Shown: positions 27,127 to 35,284 of the stretch, piece by piece
Position numbering within the stretch: position 1 is the first letter of the stretch
Layout of the letters: every line of letters begins with the position of its first letter
Origin: Tannerellaceae bacterium
GTDB taxonomy: Bacteria; Bacteroidota; Bacteroidia; Bacteroidales; Tannerellaceae
Length of the DNA: 42,853 nucleotides
Reading direction: 5' to 3'
NCBI GenBank assembly: GCA_031555145.1
Contig: JAVBUR010000040.1
Location: 1-42,853 of the forward strand
Translations under genes and position numbers: made by a program
The notes under the pieces: model-generated
Seen by the model: the letters and a program-made list of their open reading frames with translations, nothing else
Told to the model about the DNA's origin: nothing
The model's database searches: none

Positions 27127-27766
27127 ACAGATAGATCTCTCCAAAAAATTCCGGCCGATGGAAATCGGGGTTCGGCGTCTCGATCGGATTCCAACTGACA
27201 AAATGCGGGCACTCAGTATTATCGGCGCATTTATAGAAATTACCCATGATCTTCTCGGGCAAATTCATCGGATCGAGTCCCATGACATCAAAAGGAATAC
27301 TGACGATCAGTTCCCAGGCATGCACTCCTTTCAGTTCGTCAAAAGGACGCGCCTCCAGCGAACTATGACGGCGGATAGCAGCATATTCTTCCTGCGAGAA
27401 AGAGTTCTTGATATCACGCGACTCCCGGTGGGCGGCATCGCAAGTACCGATACAGTTGAATTCGAAATTGATATACCGGGATTCATCCTCCTTGCGCATG
27501 AAGAATTCCACGCAACTGTCCGTATGAACCGGCGAATTATCAATCTCATAGGTGGCTTTTAAGGAATTACCCTTTACAAAGTAACGGATATATAAAGCCG
27601 TATTCGACCGGGCAATGTCAAAAACAACGATCGGTTTGTAAGGATATTCTTGCCAATTAATAGTGTCGATGTACTCCCGACGTGCTTTACTTTCCATCAG
27701 AAAACCGACAGAGGACAAATCAAGGGCGTCTAAGGCCGCCAAGTGGGGGACAATTAATTTTTTCAT
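27125..27766 (-). CDS. carbohydrate-binding family 9-like (DOMON-like) domain protein
   Basis: 213 aa, no signal peptide obvious. C-terminal GNFYKCADNTECPHFVSWNPIETPNPDFHRPEFFGEIYL resembles CBM9-like proteins of Bacteroidetes. Tentative. Confidence 0.4.
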   Translation of the reverse strand: MKKLIVPHLAALDALDLSSVGFLMESKARREYIDTINWQEYPYKPIVVFDIARSNTALYIRYFVKGNSLKATYEIDNSPVHTDSCVEFFMRKEDESRYINFEFNCIGTCDAAHRESRDIKNSFSQEEYAAIRRHSSLEARPFDELKGVHAWELIVSIPFDVMGLDPMNLPEKIMGNFYKCADNTECPHFVSWNPIETPNPDFHRPEFFGEIYL

Positions 27767-27770
27767 GTGC

Positions 27771-28430
27771 TCAATTATATATAATAACTAAAGGAAAACT
27801 GACATAAGAGGAAAAGACAACCGAAGCAATACCGACTGTTGCCACCAGCATGATAATACTTCCTGTTATCCGGTTTAACAACCAGATTCCCCGGATATTA
27901 AACCATTGCCGCAGTTTAGCGACCACCCAAGTGATACCAAACCACCAGGCAACGGCTCCCAGCGCGATACATCCTATGCCGCCAAGCATCATCCAGATCG
28001 AATAATCGGGGTTGACAAACCCAAAACGGGCAAACAATCCCACATACAGCAAGATGATCAATATGTTACTGAACGTAAGCAAAAAAGCAGAGGCAAAATC
28101 CTGTGTATAGGATATCTTGTTCTCCTTTCTTTTTTGCAATCCTTTTATCGGGTTCGTTTGGAATGTATAATATCCAAATACACCCAACACGACACTACCG
28201 AGTAATTGCAGAGGCGCTTGGTTAGCTTCAATGAAGCTGACTACGATCCCCATTCCCAGGCAGGTGATGGCGGCATAGACGATATCCGACAAGGTGGCTC
28301 CCAACCCGGTCACAAATCCGTGCCAACGGCCTTTGCTCAATGTTCGTTGGATACAAAGCATCCCAACAGGTCCCATCGGCGCAGATACCAGTATGCCGAT
28401 CATAATTCCTTTCCATGCAAATGACAACAT
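27771..28430 (-). CDS. LysE/RhtB-family amino-acid exporter
   Basis: 219 aa, 6 TM. N-terminal motif ...GILVSAPMGPVGMLCIQRTL... is typical of LysE-type translocators. Confidence 0.8.
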   Translation of the reverse strand: MLSFAWKGIMIGILVSAPMGPVGMLCIQRTLSKGRWHGFVTGLGATLSDIVYAAITCLGMGIVVSFIEANQAPLQLLGSVVLGVFGYYTFQTNPIKGLQKRKENKISYTQDFASAFLLTFSNILIILLYVGLFARFGFVNPDYSIWMMLGGIGCIALGAVAWWFGITWVVAKLRQWFNIRGIWLLNRITGSIIMLVATVGIASVVFSSYVSFPLVIIYN

Positions 28431-28438
28431 GCAATTTT

Positions 28439-30001
28439 TCAGCTCTTCGATTTAGGATAAAACGGACTATAGACCAACGTGGACGTGCGGACAACCAGCC
28501 GGCCGTCTTTCACAAACTCTTCTCCACGTTCGGCCAGATGCCCGACCATTAATTTCCGCCAGTCGGCCAAACGGGCGGCGTAGGCTTTATCAGCGGCACA
28601 GTCGTGCAATTCCATCGGATCGCGGACAAGGTCAAACAGTTGTTCCTTCCCGGTATGGTAATTCCAAATATATTTGATTTTGCCATCCGTCAGGGCACAC
28701 CAGTAGTTCTCTTCCCGGTAGCAAGTGGCATGTTCCAGATCGATAAAGGGACGCCAACCGGCCTGTCCTCCCTGCACCAGCGAACGAAGCGAGCGGCCAT
28801 CCATATCCGGCGGGACTTTGCCTCCCGCCAGGTCGATAAAGGTAGGGAGGAAATCACGCAGTTCAACGGGTTGCTCAATCGTTGCCCCATCAGGCACCGA
28901 CCGTTGCATGCCCACAGGCCATTTAATGATAAAAGGAACACGAGTCGAGCCTTCATACGGATACGTCTTCCGCCAGTGGTAATGGTCACCCAGCATATCT
29001 CCATGATCGGCAGTAAAGCAGATCACGGCATTGTCATACATCCCTTTCGCTTTCAACGCATCGACAATGTGACCGATCTGATCATCTATATAGGTAATGT
29101 TCGCGTAGTAATGACGGCGGGAATTGACAGCATAGTCATCCCCGAAATTACCGAAAGGAGCATCGGATGCCGCTTTCTGCGGATCCAGCCGTTCGGAAAA
29201 CTCTCTACACCAATCACCGACAACCGGTTTGGGGATAGGCGCATCTTTGTACATATCCAGGTAACGCTGCGGCGGATCATAGGGGCTATGCGGCCGGGCA
29301 AATGAGACTTTCAGGAAAAGGGGCTTGTCGTTTTCGTAGTTGCGGATCAACTCACAAGCCGTTTGTCCCGTCCAGGCAGTGGGATGAAGTTTCTCGTCCA
29401 ACTGATAAACACCTGCCCGGTGGTCGTTCCAGCCAATACCTGTAGCATCCGGATTTTTACCTGGCGCATGCAGTTGGAACCACTCGCGGTAGTCGCTGAT
29501 GAAATCAGGAGATTCACTCCGTCCGCTTTCATCCACCAGGGTGGTATGGAAACCATGCAGGGCCTTTTGCGGAAACCAGTGCATCTTGCCGATACCGAAC
29601 GTATAATACCCGAGATTACGGAGCATCTGAGGCATTTCATACCGGTATTTTTCCGCTACACGTCCATATCCCAACATACCATGATGCCAGGGAGACAAAC
29701 CGGTGAGCAGGCCGGCACGTGCCGGCGTACTGCTGGGCGTGGATGAATAACCGTGAACAAACAGGGAACCGGTCTTCGCCAGATGATCGATATGGGGGGA
29801 GATTACAGATGTGTTTCCCATACAACCAAGCGCATCACCCCGATGCTGGTCGGTCATAATAAATATAATGTGCGGCTTAGGGTTAGCAGGTTGTTGTTCT
29901 TGTTTTTCTGCATGGGCATTCGCCGCAGAAGAACGTGCATGTGCTGCTCCTAATCCGAACATAACAGACGATTGTATAAAAGATCTTCTTTTCATGATCA
30001 T
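28439..30001 (-). CDS. sulfatase (Ser-type formylglycine motif) with Tat-like signal peptide
   Basis: RRSFIQS twin-arginine signal. Sulfatase N-terminal domain IIFIMTDQHRGD. Signature S-T-P-A-R-A-G-L-L-T-G has Ser in place of Cys. Confidence 0.85.
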   Translation of the reverse strand: MIMKRRSFIQSSVMFGLGAAHARSSAANAHAEKQEQQPANPKPHIIFIMTDQHRGDALGCMGNTSVISPHIDHLAKTGSLFVHGYSSTPSSTPARAGLLTGLSPWHHGMLGYGRVAEKYRYEMPQMLRNLGYYTFGIGKMHWFPQKALHGFHTTLVDESGRSESPDFISDYREWFQLHAPGKNPDATGIGWNDHRAGVYQLDEKLHPTAWTGQTACELIRNYENDKPLFLKVSFARPHSPYDPPQRYLDMYKDAPIPKPVVGDWCREFSERLDPQKAASDAPFGNFGDDYAVNSRRHYYANITYIDDQIGHIVDALKAKGMYDNAVICFTADHGDMLGDHYHWRKTYPYEGSTRVPFIIKWPVGMQRSVPDGATIEQPVELRDFLPTFIDLAGGKVPPDMDGRSLRSLVQGGQAGWRPFIDLEHATCYREENYWCALTDGKIKYIWNYHTGKEQLFDLVRDPMELHDCAADKAYAARLADWRKLMVGHLAERGEEFVKDGRLVVRTSTLVYSPFYPKSKS

Positions 30002-30034
30002 TTGTTTCCCAGTCCTGATTGTTTAAGTATTTGA

Positions 30035-30042
30035 CAAAAATA
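30035..30042 (-). promoter_or_regulatory. candidate -7 box (minus strand TATTTTTG) for sulfatase-LysE-CBM9 operon
   Basis: 33 nt upstream of the minus-strand ATG at 30001. Confidence 0.3.
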
Positions 30043-30096
30043 CACTATTTTTACTACTTTATTTGGCTATTCTTTCACTTTTTTACCCGGAACAGC

Positions 30097-30104
30097 TATA
30101 TTTG
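30097..30104 (+). promoter_or_regulatory. candidate -7 box TATATTTG for lipoprotein gene
   Basis: Matches TAnnTTTG, 12-24 nt upstream of the clustered ATGs at 30116, 30122 and 30128. Confidence 0.3.
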
Positions 30105-30115
30105 AGGTTTAGTTG

Positions 30116-31234
30116 ATGAATATGCAGATGGGTAGGTTGTTTTTAGTACTGTCTTTCGTTATGGCAGTCAGTTCGTCCTGCATCAAGGATGAACCGTTAA
30201 ATCCGGAAGCGGATATACTTACATTTTCGTTGCCGGAGGGTGTGGCACTGTCAGCGGCGACATTTAATCAGGAGAATATATCGGTGGTGGTACGCGGTAC
30301 AGCCGATTTGTCTACGGTAGTGCCATCTATCACCATTACCGAAGGTGCAACCATCCTGCCGGCAGCTGATACGCCCCGTGATTTCACTCATCCGGTGACC
30401 TACACTGTTACGGCTGCCGACGGAAAACACAGCCGTACCTATACCATACAGGTCGTCACATACTCCCCCTTCAAATACAGCTTTGAGAATTGGGTACGCC
30501 TCGACAGCAACTATGCATATGAAACACCGGTCGAGTTCGATCCGGCAGGACAACAGTTGGTATTCTGGGATTCCAGTAACAAAGGGATTGCCATCTACCA
30601 GCAGCATGCAGACCCGACCTTATATCCCATTCACTCTACCACCCAAAGCCAAGCCGGTAAGTATGCTGCTGAAATGTCAACCAGCAAAGGACCGGGTTCT
30701 ATTCTGGGAATCATTAACATACCTGTCGTAGCCGGTTCGTTGTTCTCGGGTGTGCTGAATCCGTTATCTGCACTGAAAAACCCGTTACTAGCCACACAGT
30801 TCGGACGTCCTTGCGACGAGAAGCCCCTCCGCTTCCAGGGATATTACTATTATCGTGCCGGAACGGGCGACTACATTGATCCGAAAGGACAGGTGCTGCC
30901 CGGCGTAAAAGATACCTGTGCCATCTATAGTGTTTTCTATAAAGTAGATAAAGACACACAGGTGCTGGATGGTACAAACGTGTTGACGCATCCCAACATT
31001 GTAGCCGTTGCCATGCTGCCGGGTAACCTGCGGGCCGCTTCTCCCGGAAGCGGATTGGTTCCATTCGATATACCATTCGAATATAAGGGGGAAGCCATCG
31101 ATTTTGAGAAGAACCAATATAAGCTGGCCGTTATCTTTTCTTCCAGTTACTACGGCGACCGTTACGAAGGTGCTCCGGGAAGCCGGCTGGTCGTGGATGA
31201 AGTAGAAATAATTACCGAAACAAGCAAGCCATGA
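30116..31234 (+). CDS. hypothetical lipoprotein
   Basis: Signal peptide with lipobox (VSSSC). Start ambiguous (TTG 30113, ATG 30116, 30122 or 30128). Beta-rich with no recognisable catalytic motif. 4-bp overlap with the downstream OMP gene. Confidence 0.6.
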   Translation: MNMQMGRLFLVLSFVMAVSSSCIKDEPLNPEADILTFSLPEGVALSAATFNQENISVVVRGTADLSTVVPSITITEGATILPAADTPRDFTHPVTYTVTAADGKHSRTYTIQVVTYSPFKYSFENWVRLDSNYAYETPVEFDPAGQQLVFWDSSNKGIAIYQQHADPTLYPIHSTTQSQAGKYAAEMSTSKGPGSILGIINIPVVAGSLFSGVLNPLSALKNPLLATQFGRPCDEKPLRFQGYYYYRAGTGDYIDPKGQVLPGVKDTCAIYSVFYKVDKDTQVLDGTNVLTHPNIVAVAMLPGNLRAASPGSGLVPFDIPFEYKGEAIDFEKNQYKLAVIFSSSYYGDRYEGAPGSRLVVDEVEIITETSKP

Positions 31235-31989
31235 AAAAGAGATCGATCCTATTGACACTTGTCCTGTTGATTTGTGCCTGCATCGGACAAAAGGGGATGG
31301 CACAATCGAAATTCCATCAGTGGGAATGCCAGGTATTTGCCGGATTCAACTTCGGTGGAACCACCCCGGTGCCACTGCCTGCCGAGATCCGTTCGCTTAA
31401 CTCCTGGAGCCCGGGGTTGGCCGGGACACTTGCCTTCCGGGCTACCCGGTGGGTAACGCCTGAGTGGGGCATCACATCCGGCCTGGCCATTGATATCAAA
31501 GGAATGAAAGTCAGCGCCGATGTAAAATACTGGCACACCAGCCTGTTGGTCGGAGAAGGCGATAATACCGGCACATTTTCAGGCACATTCAGCGGCGAAA
31601 ACAGCACCACCGCCCGTAACGGATACGTACTGCTTCCTTTGATGGCCGCCTGGCATCCGGTGGATAAATGGACCTTCCGCCTCGGTGGTTATTTTGCGTC
31701 CTTGCAGGATGCACGCTTTGAAGGAACAGCTTCAGATGGCTACATTCGTAACGGCGGACCGACAGGCGACCGGATTAACATCGAACGGGCCTCGTATAAT
31801 TTTTCCGATCAGTTACGCAAGACAGACGCCGGACTTATGGCCTCGGCCGACTGGTCGTTCACCCGCCGACTGGCAGCAACAGGGCAATTCTCGTATGGCC
31901 TGGTGCCAGTCTTCCCTTCCGGCTTTGAAGGCATCTCCTATAAGATGTATAATGTATATCTGATGCTGGGGCTTGCCTATACACTTTGA
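31231..31989 (+). CDS. outer-membrane beta-barrel protein (PorT/OmpA-like porin family)
   Basis: Signal peptide, about 230 aa mature protein with alternating hydrophobic beta-strands and aromatic girdles (typical OMP_b-brl_2-like). Confidence 0.65.
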   Translation: MKKRSILLTLVLLICACIGQKGMAQSKFHQWECQVFAGFNFGGTTPVPLPAEIRSLNSWSPGLAGTLAFRATRWVTPEWGITSGLAIDIKGMKVSADVKYWHTSLLVGEGDNTGTFSGTFSGENSTTARNGYVLLPLMAAWHPVDKWTFRLGGYFASLQDARFEGTASDGYIRNGGPTGDRINIERASYNFSDQLRKTDAGLMASADWSFTRRLAATGQFSYGLVPVFPSGFEGISYKMYNVYLMLGLAYTL

Positions 31990-32017
31990 TTCCATTACCA
32001 CTTAAATCCATACAAAC

Positions 32018-33331
32018 ATGACAACACGCAGAGATTTTATTCGCCAGTCGGCTTTGCTGGGAGCCGGACTTACTATGAGCCCTTTCCTGATCAAGGCAGG
32101 AGGCAACAGTGTGAGTGCCAGCGACAAGATCAGGGTAGGCCTGATCGGCTGTAAAGGAATGGGGTTTGAAGACCTGAAAGCCTTCCTCCGCAACCCGGAG
32201 GTTGAATGCATCGCCCTCTCGGATATCGACGACGAGGTATTGACCACCCGTGCAGCAGATACGGAAAAGATCACCGGTAAAAAAGTGAAAAATCTGTATA
32301 AGGATTGGCGTAAGCTGATCGACAACAAAGATATTGATGTCGTGATTGTGGGTACCCCCGACCACTGGCATTGCCTGCAAATGGTTGCTGCCTGTCAGGC
32401 AGGCAAGGATGTGTATTGCGAAAAGCCGCTGGGCAACAGCATTGAAGAATGTAATATCATGGTGCGTGCAGCACAAAAGTATAACCGCGTCGTACAGGTG
32501 GGCCAATGGCAACGCAGCGATCCACACTGGCAGGATGCCATGGCTTTCGTACATAGCGGACAGTTGGGGAAAATACGTACCGTACGTGTATTTTCTTATC
32601 AGGGCTGGTGTCCTTCCATCCCTGTCCAACCGGACGAACCGGTTCCGGCAGGTGTGGATTATAATATGTGGCTCGGCCCGGCACCCGAACGGCCATTCAA
32701 CCGCAATCGTTTCCACTTCACCTTCCGTTGGTTCTGGGACTATGCCGGCGGTTTGATGACCGACTGGGGTGTACATCTCCTCGACTATGCTCTTTATGGC
32801 ATGAATGTGACGGCACCTGAATCAATCATGGCTTCCGGTGGCAAGTTCGGCTATCCTGACGACGCCTGTGAAACACCCGACCTGTTGCAGACCATCTATA
32901 CATTCAAAGACTTTACTGTGATGTGGGACCATGCCATCGGCATCGACGACGGCGCATACGGACGCAACCACGGACTAGGCTTTGTAGGCGAGAATGGCAC
33001 CTTGGTACTCAACCGCGGCGGTTGGGAAGTCATCCCCGAAAAAGTTAACGGCAAGCTTCGCATGGAAGCAGTCGAATTGAAGAAGGGTTATGGTGAAGGC
33101 GGGTTGAACCTTCACGTAAAGAATCATCTCGAATGTATCAAATCACGCAACTACAACTGCAATGCCAGTATAGAGATTGGCGCCCACATCGCCAAGTTCT
33201 CCCAGTTAGGTAATATTGCCTACCGTACCGGCAAGAAACTGTCATGGGACGGAAAATCATTTGGCGATGCTGCTGCCGACAAATACCTGGTGAAAGAATA
33301 CCGCGCACCGTGGGAATTGCCGAAGATTTAG
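32018..33331 (+). CDS. Gfo/Idh/MocA-family NAD-binding oxidoreductase with Tat signal (GH109-like candidate)
   Basis: MTTRRDFIRQSALLGAGLTMSPF twin-arginine signal. Rossmann motif VGLIGCKGMG. EKP motif (YCEKPL). C-terminal GFO_IDH_MocA_C-like region. Confidence 0.85.
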   Translation: MTTRRDFIRQSALLGAGLTMSPFLIKAGGNSVSASDKIRVGLIGCKGMGFEDLKAFLRNPEVECIALSDIDDEVLTTRAADTEKITGKKVKNLYKDWRKLIDNKDIDVVIVGTPDHWHCLQMVAACQAGKDVYCEKPLGNSIEECNIMVRAAQKYNRVVQVGQWQRSDPHWQDAMAFVHSGQLGKIRTVRVFSYQGWCPSIPVQPDEPVPAGVDYNMWLGPAPERPFNRNRFHFTFRWFWDYAGGLMTDWGVHLLDYALYGMNVTAPESIMASGGKFGYPDDACETPDLLQTIYTFKDFTVMWDHAIGIDDGAYGRNHGLGFVGENGTLVLNRGGWEVIPEKVNGKLRMEAVELKKGYGEGGLNLHVKNHLECIKSRNYNCNASIEIGAHIAKFSQLGNIAYRTGKKLSWDGKSFGDAAADKYLVKEYRAPWELPKI

Positions 33332-33358
33332 CAAGAGCAAGTTGGTAATCATAGATAA

Positions 33359-33916
33359 ATGAATAGAGAAAAAAACAAGGAAGAAGAAGCTGATTTATTA
33401 CTGAGGATCAAAGCGGGTGATCAGAAAGCCTTTAAGGCCTTATTCTATCTCCACAATACCCGGTTTTGCCTTTGGGCATACAAGATCACCGGTAATAAGC
33501 AGGCCGCTGAAGACATTGTCCAGGATTTTTTTATCCGGTTCTGGAATAAGCGAGAGTCCTTGTTTTTTTCTCCTTCTTTCCTTTCATATGCCTATCGCTC
33601 TATTTACAATGCGTCCCTGAACTACCTTCGCGACAATGAAAAATACGTCTATGATTTACCGGACGCCCATATACCGCTGAAAGTCGATACCGACGAAGAA
33701 GATCAAAATGAGTTGGAAGCCGAACTGATGGCTTCAATTGAACAGTTGCCGGAACGATGCCGGGAAATATTTGTTATGGTCGCCTTAGAGAAAAAAACAC
33801 ACGACGAAGTAGCCCGCCATTTCGGCATCTCCATCAATACCGTAAAGGTACAGGTATCCAAAGCCTACCGCACACTTCGGCAAAAATTCAACACCCTGCT
33901 TTTCCTGTTTTTCTGA
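33359..33916 (+). CDS. RNA polymerase ECF-type sigma-70 factor
   Basis: Region 2 (DIVQDFFIRFWNKRES) and region 4 (ALEKKTHDEVARHFGISINTVKVQVSKAYRTLR). Followed by a FecR-type gene. Confidence 0.85.
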   Translation: MNREKNKEEEADLLLRIKAGDQKAFKALFYLHNTRFCLWAYKITGNKQAAEDIVQDFFIRFWNKRESLFFSPSFLSYAYRSIYNASLNYLRDNEKYVYDLPDAHIPLKVDTDEEDQNELEAELMASIEQLPERCREIFVMVALEKKTHDEVARHFGISINTVKVQVSKAYRTLRQKFNTLLFLFF

Positions 33917-34016
33917 CGAATAAAAACCACAAAAAAATATTTTTTTTAATAGCGCGTAATACTTTTTAAAACTTCATGTGTTGATATGAATATAAACGTT
34001 AAAAAACACATCGAAG

Positions 34017-35177
34017 TTGAAAAAGGAAGAATATACCCACTGGCAATTGCTGATGCGTGTTCTGACAGGTGAATGGCCTGAAGATCATCCCGATTTTGTT
34101 GCCTGGTTGGAAGAAGACAAAAAACATATCGCTTTATATGAAGACTTAAAGAACGGGAAAACATCGGAAGGAATCAGCTTTGATACAGGCCGCATGTATA
34201 AGCAGATTGAGAGACAGCTTTTCCATCGTTCAAAACGTCGTTTGTATACCCACATCGGATATGCGGCGGCTGTTGCCCTGATACTATGTGTCCTAACTGT
34301 TTTTTACCAGTATCAGGCACACGACAACCAGCCAGCCCTTGTGGAAGTGATGGACGTTGATTCCATTGTTCCCGGCAGCAAAAAGGCTCAATTAGTACTG
34401 GCCGATGGGACGAAAGTCGGACTGGATAAGTCATTCGAACTAACCAGTACAACGAAAATCACCAACGACACAGTTGGACGCATTGTCTATTTCCCTCAGC
34501 CTCCTATCGAGGCTAACAAGAAACCGGAGACACACCGGATCGAAGTGCCTCTGGGTGGTGAGTATGAACTGAAGTTGGGAGACGGAACGCAGGTATATCT
34601 TAATTCCGGTTCATCGTTAACCTATCCTTCCTTCTTTGAGGGTGATGTCCGGGAAGTGATATTATCCGGAGAAGCTTACTTCGACGTAGCAAAGAGCGAC
34701 CGCAAATTTTCTGTCATAACAGAGGATGCGGTTATTCTGGTCCATGGGACCTCCTTCAACCTGTGTGCTTATAAAGAGGAAGAAGACGTCAATGCCACAT
34801 TGGTTACCGGCCGTATCCAGATGATAACCAAAACAGACGAAAACAGTGGAGATATCCACTCTCTAATCCCGGGACAAAATCTGACTTTCAACAAAACATC
34901 ACACAAGGTACAGGTTGAAAACGTAGATACAGAACTGTATACGGCCTGGATACGGGGTGAATATATCTTCAGAAACCAACCGTTAGAAGAGATCTTCAAC
35001 AAACTCTCCAAATGGTATAACTTCTCTATCGCCTTCGACTCGCCGGCTATGAAGCAGCTTCGTTTTACCGGAAGCGTGGAAAAGAAACGACCGATCGAAT
35101 ATTTATTAAATCAGATAAAACAAGTTACTAATCTTAAATTCGAACAACATGGGAATATGATACAAGCCTATTACTAA
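34017..35177 (+). CDS. FecR-family anti-sigma factor
   Basis: TTG start gives the canonical N-terminus MKKEEYTHWQLLMRVLTGEWPED (the next in-frame ATG is at 34053). One TM (IGYAAAVALILCVLTVFY). Periplasmic FecR domain and C-terminal DUF4974-like region. Confidence 0.8.
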   Translation: MKKEEYTHWQLLMRVLTGEWPEDHPDFVAWLEEDKKHIALYEDLKNGKTSEGISFDTGRMYKQIERQLFHRSKRRLYTHIGYAAAVALILCVLTVFYQYQAHDNQPALVEVMDVDSIVPGSKKAQLVLADGTKVGLDKSFELTSTTKITNDTVGRIVYFPQPPIEANKKPETHRIEVPLGGEYELKLGDGTQVYLNSGSSLTYPSFFEGDVREVILSGEAYFDVAKSDRKFSVITEDAVILVHGTSFNLCAYKEEEDVNATLVTGRIQMITKTDENSGDIHSLIPGQNLTFNKTSHKVQVENVDTELYTAWIRGEYIFRNQPLEEIFNKLSKWYNFSIAFDSPAMKQLRFTGSVEKKRPIEYLLNQIKQVTNLKFEQHGNMIQAYY

Positions 35178-35182
35178 AAAAA

Positions 35183-35203
35183 CCGGTGAACAAGGTTCAC
35201 CGG
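35183..35203 (+). other. perfect 9-bp stem hairpin in fecR-susC intergenic region
   Basis: CCGGTGAACaagGTTCACCGG immediately after the fecR stop. No downstream U-tract on the plus strand. Confidence 0.5.
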
Positions 35204-35284
35204 CGAAAAACATTCACAATCTATAAAATCGCTTCTCACACAGATTTTATAATCAGTTATTTACTTTTAAAACGTCACAAATGT

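Noticed and set aside
28604-29305. 233-aa plus-strand ORF inside the sulfatase gene, plus other antisense ORFs (10428-11063, 17980-18660, 41849-42580, 100-495)
   Set aside because: All overlap well-supported genes on the opposite strand and lack motifs. They were treated as spurious.
31859-32776. 305-aa minus-strand ORF overlapping the OMP and oxidoreductase genes
   Set aside because: It is antisense to the well-supported Tat-signalled Gfo/Idh/MocA gene and has no recognisable domains.
35186-35284. GTG-initiated 33-aa N-terminal extension of SusC
   Set aside because: The GTG lies inside a perfect hairpin. The extension (MNKVHRRKTFTIYKIAS...) precedes a canonical signal peptide that begins at ATG 35285.
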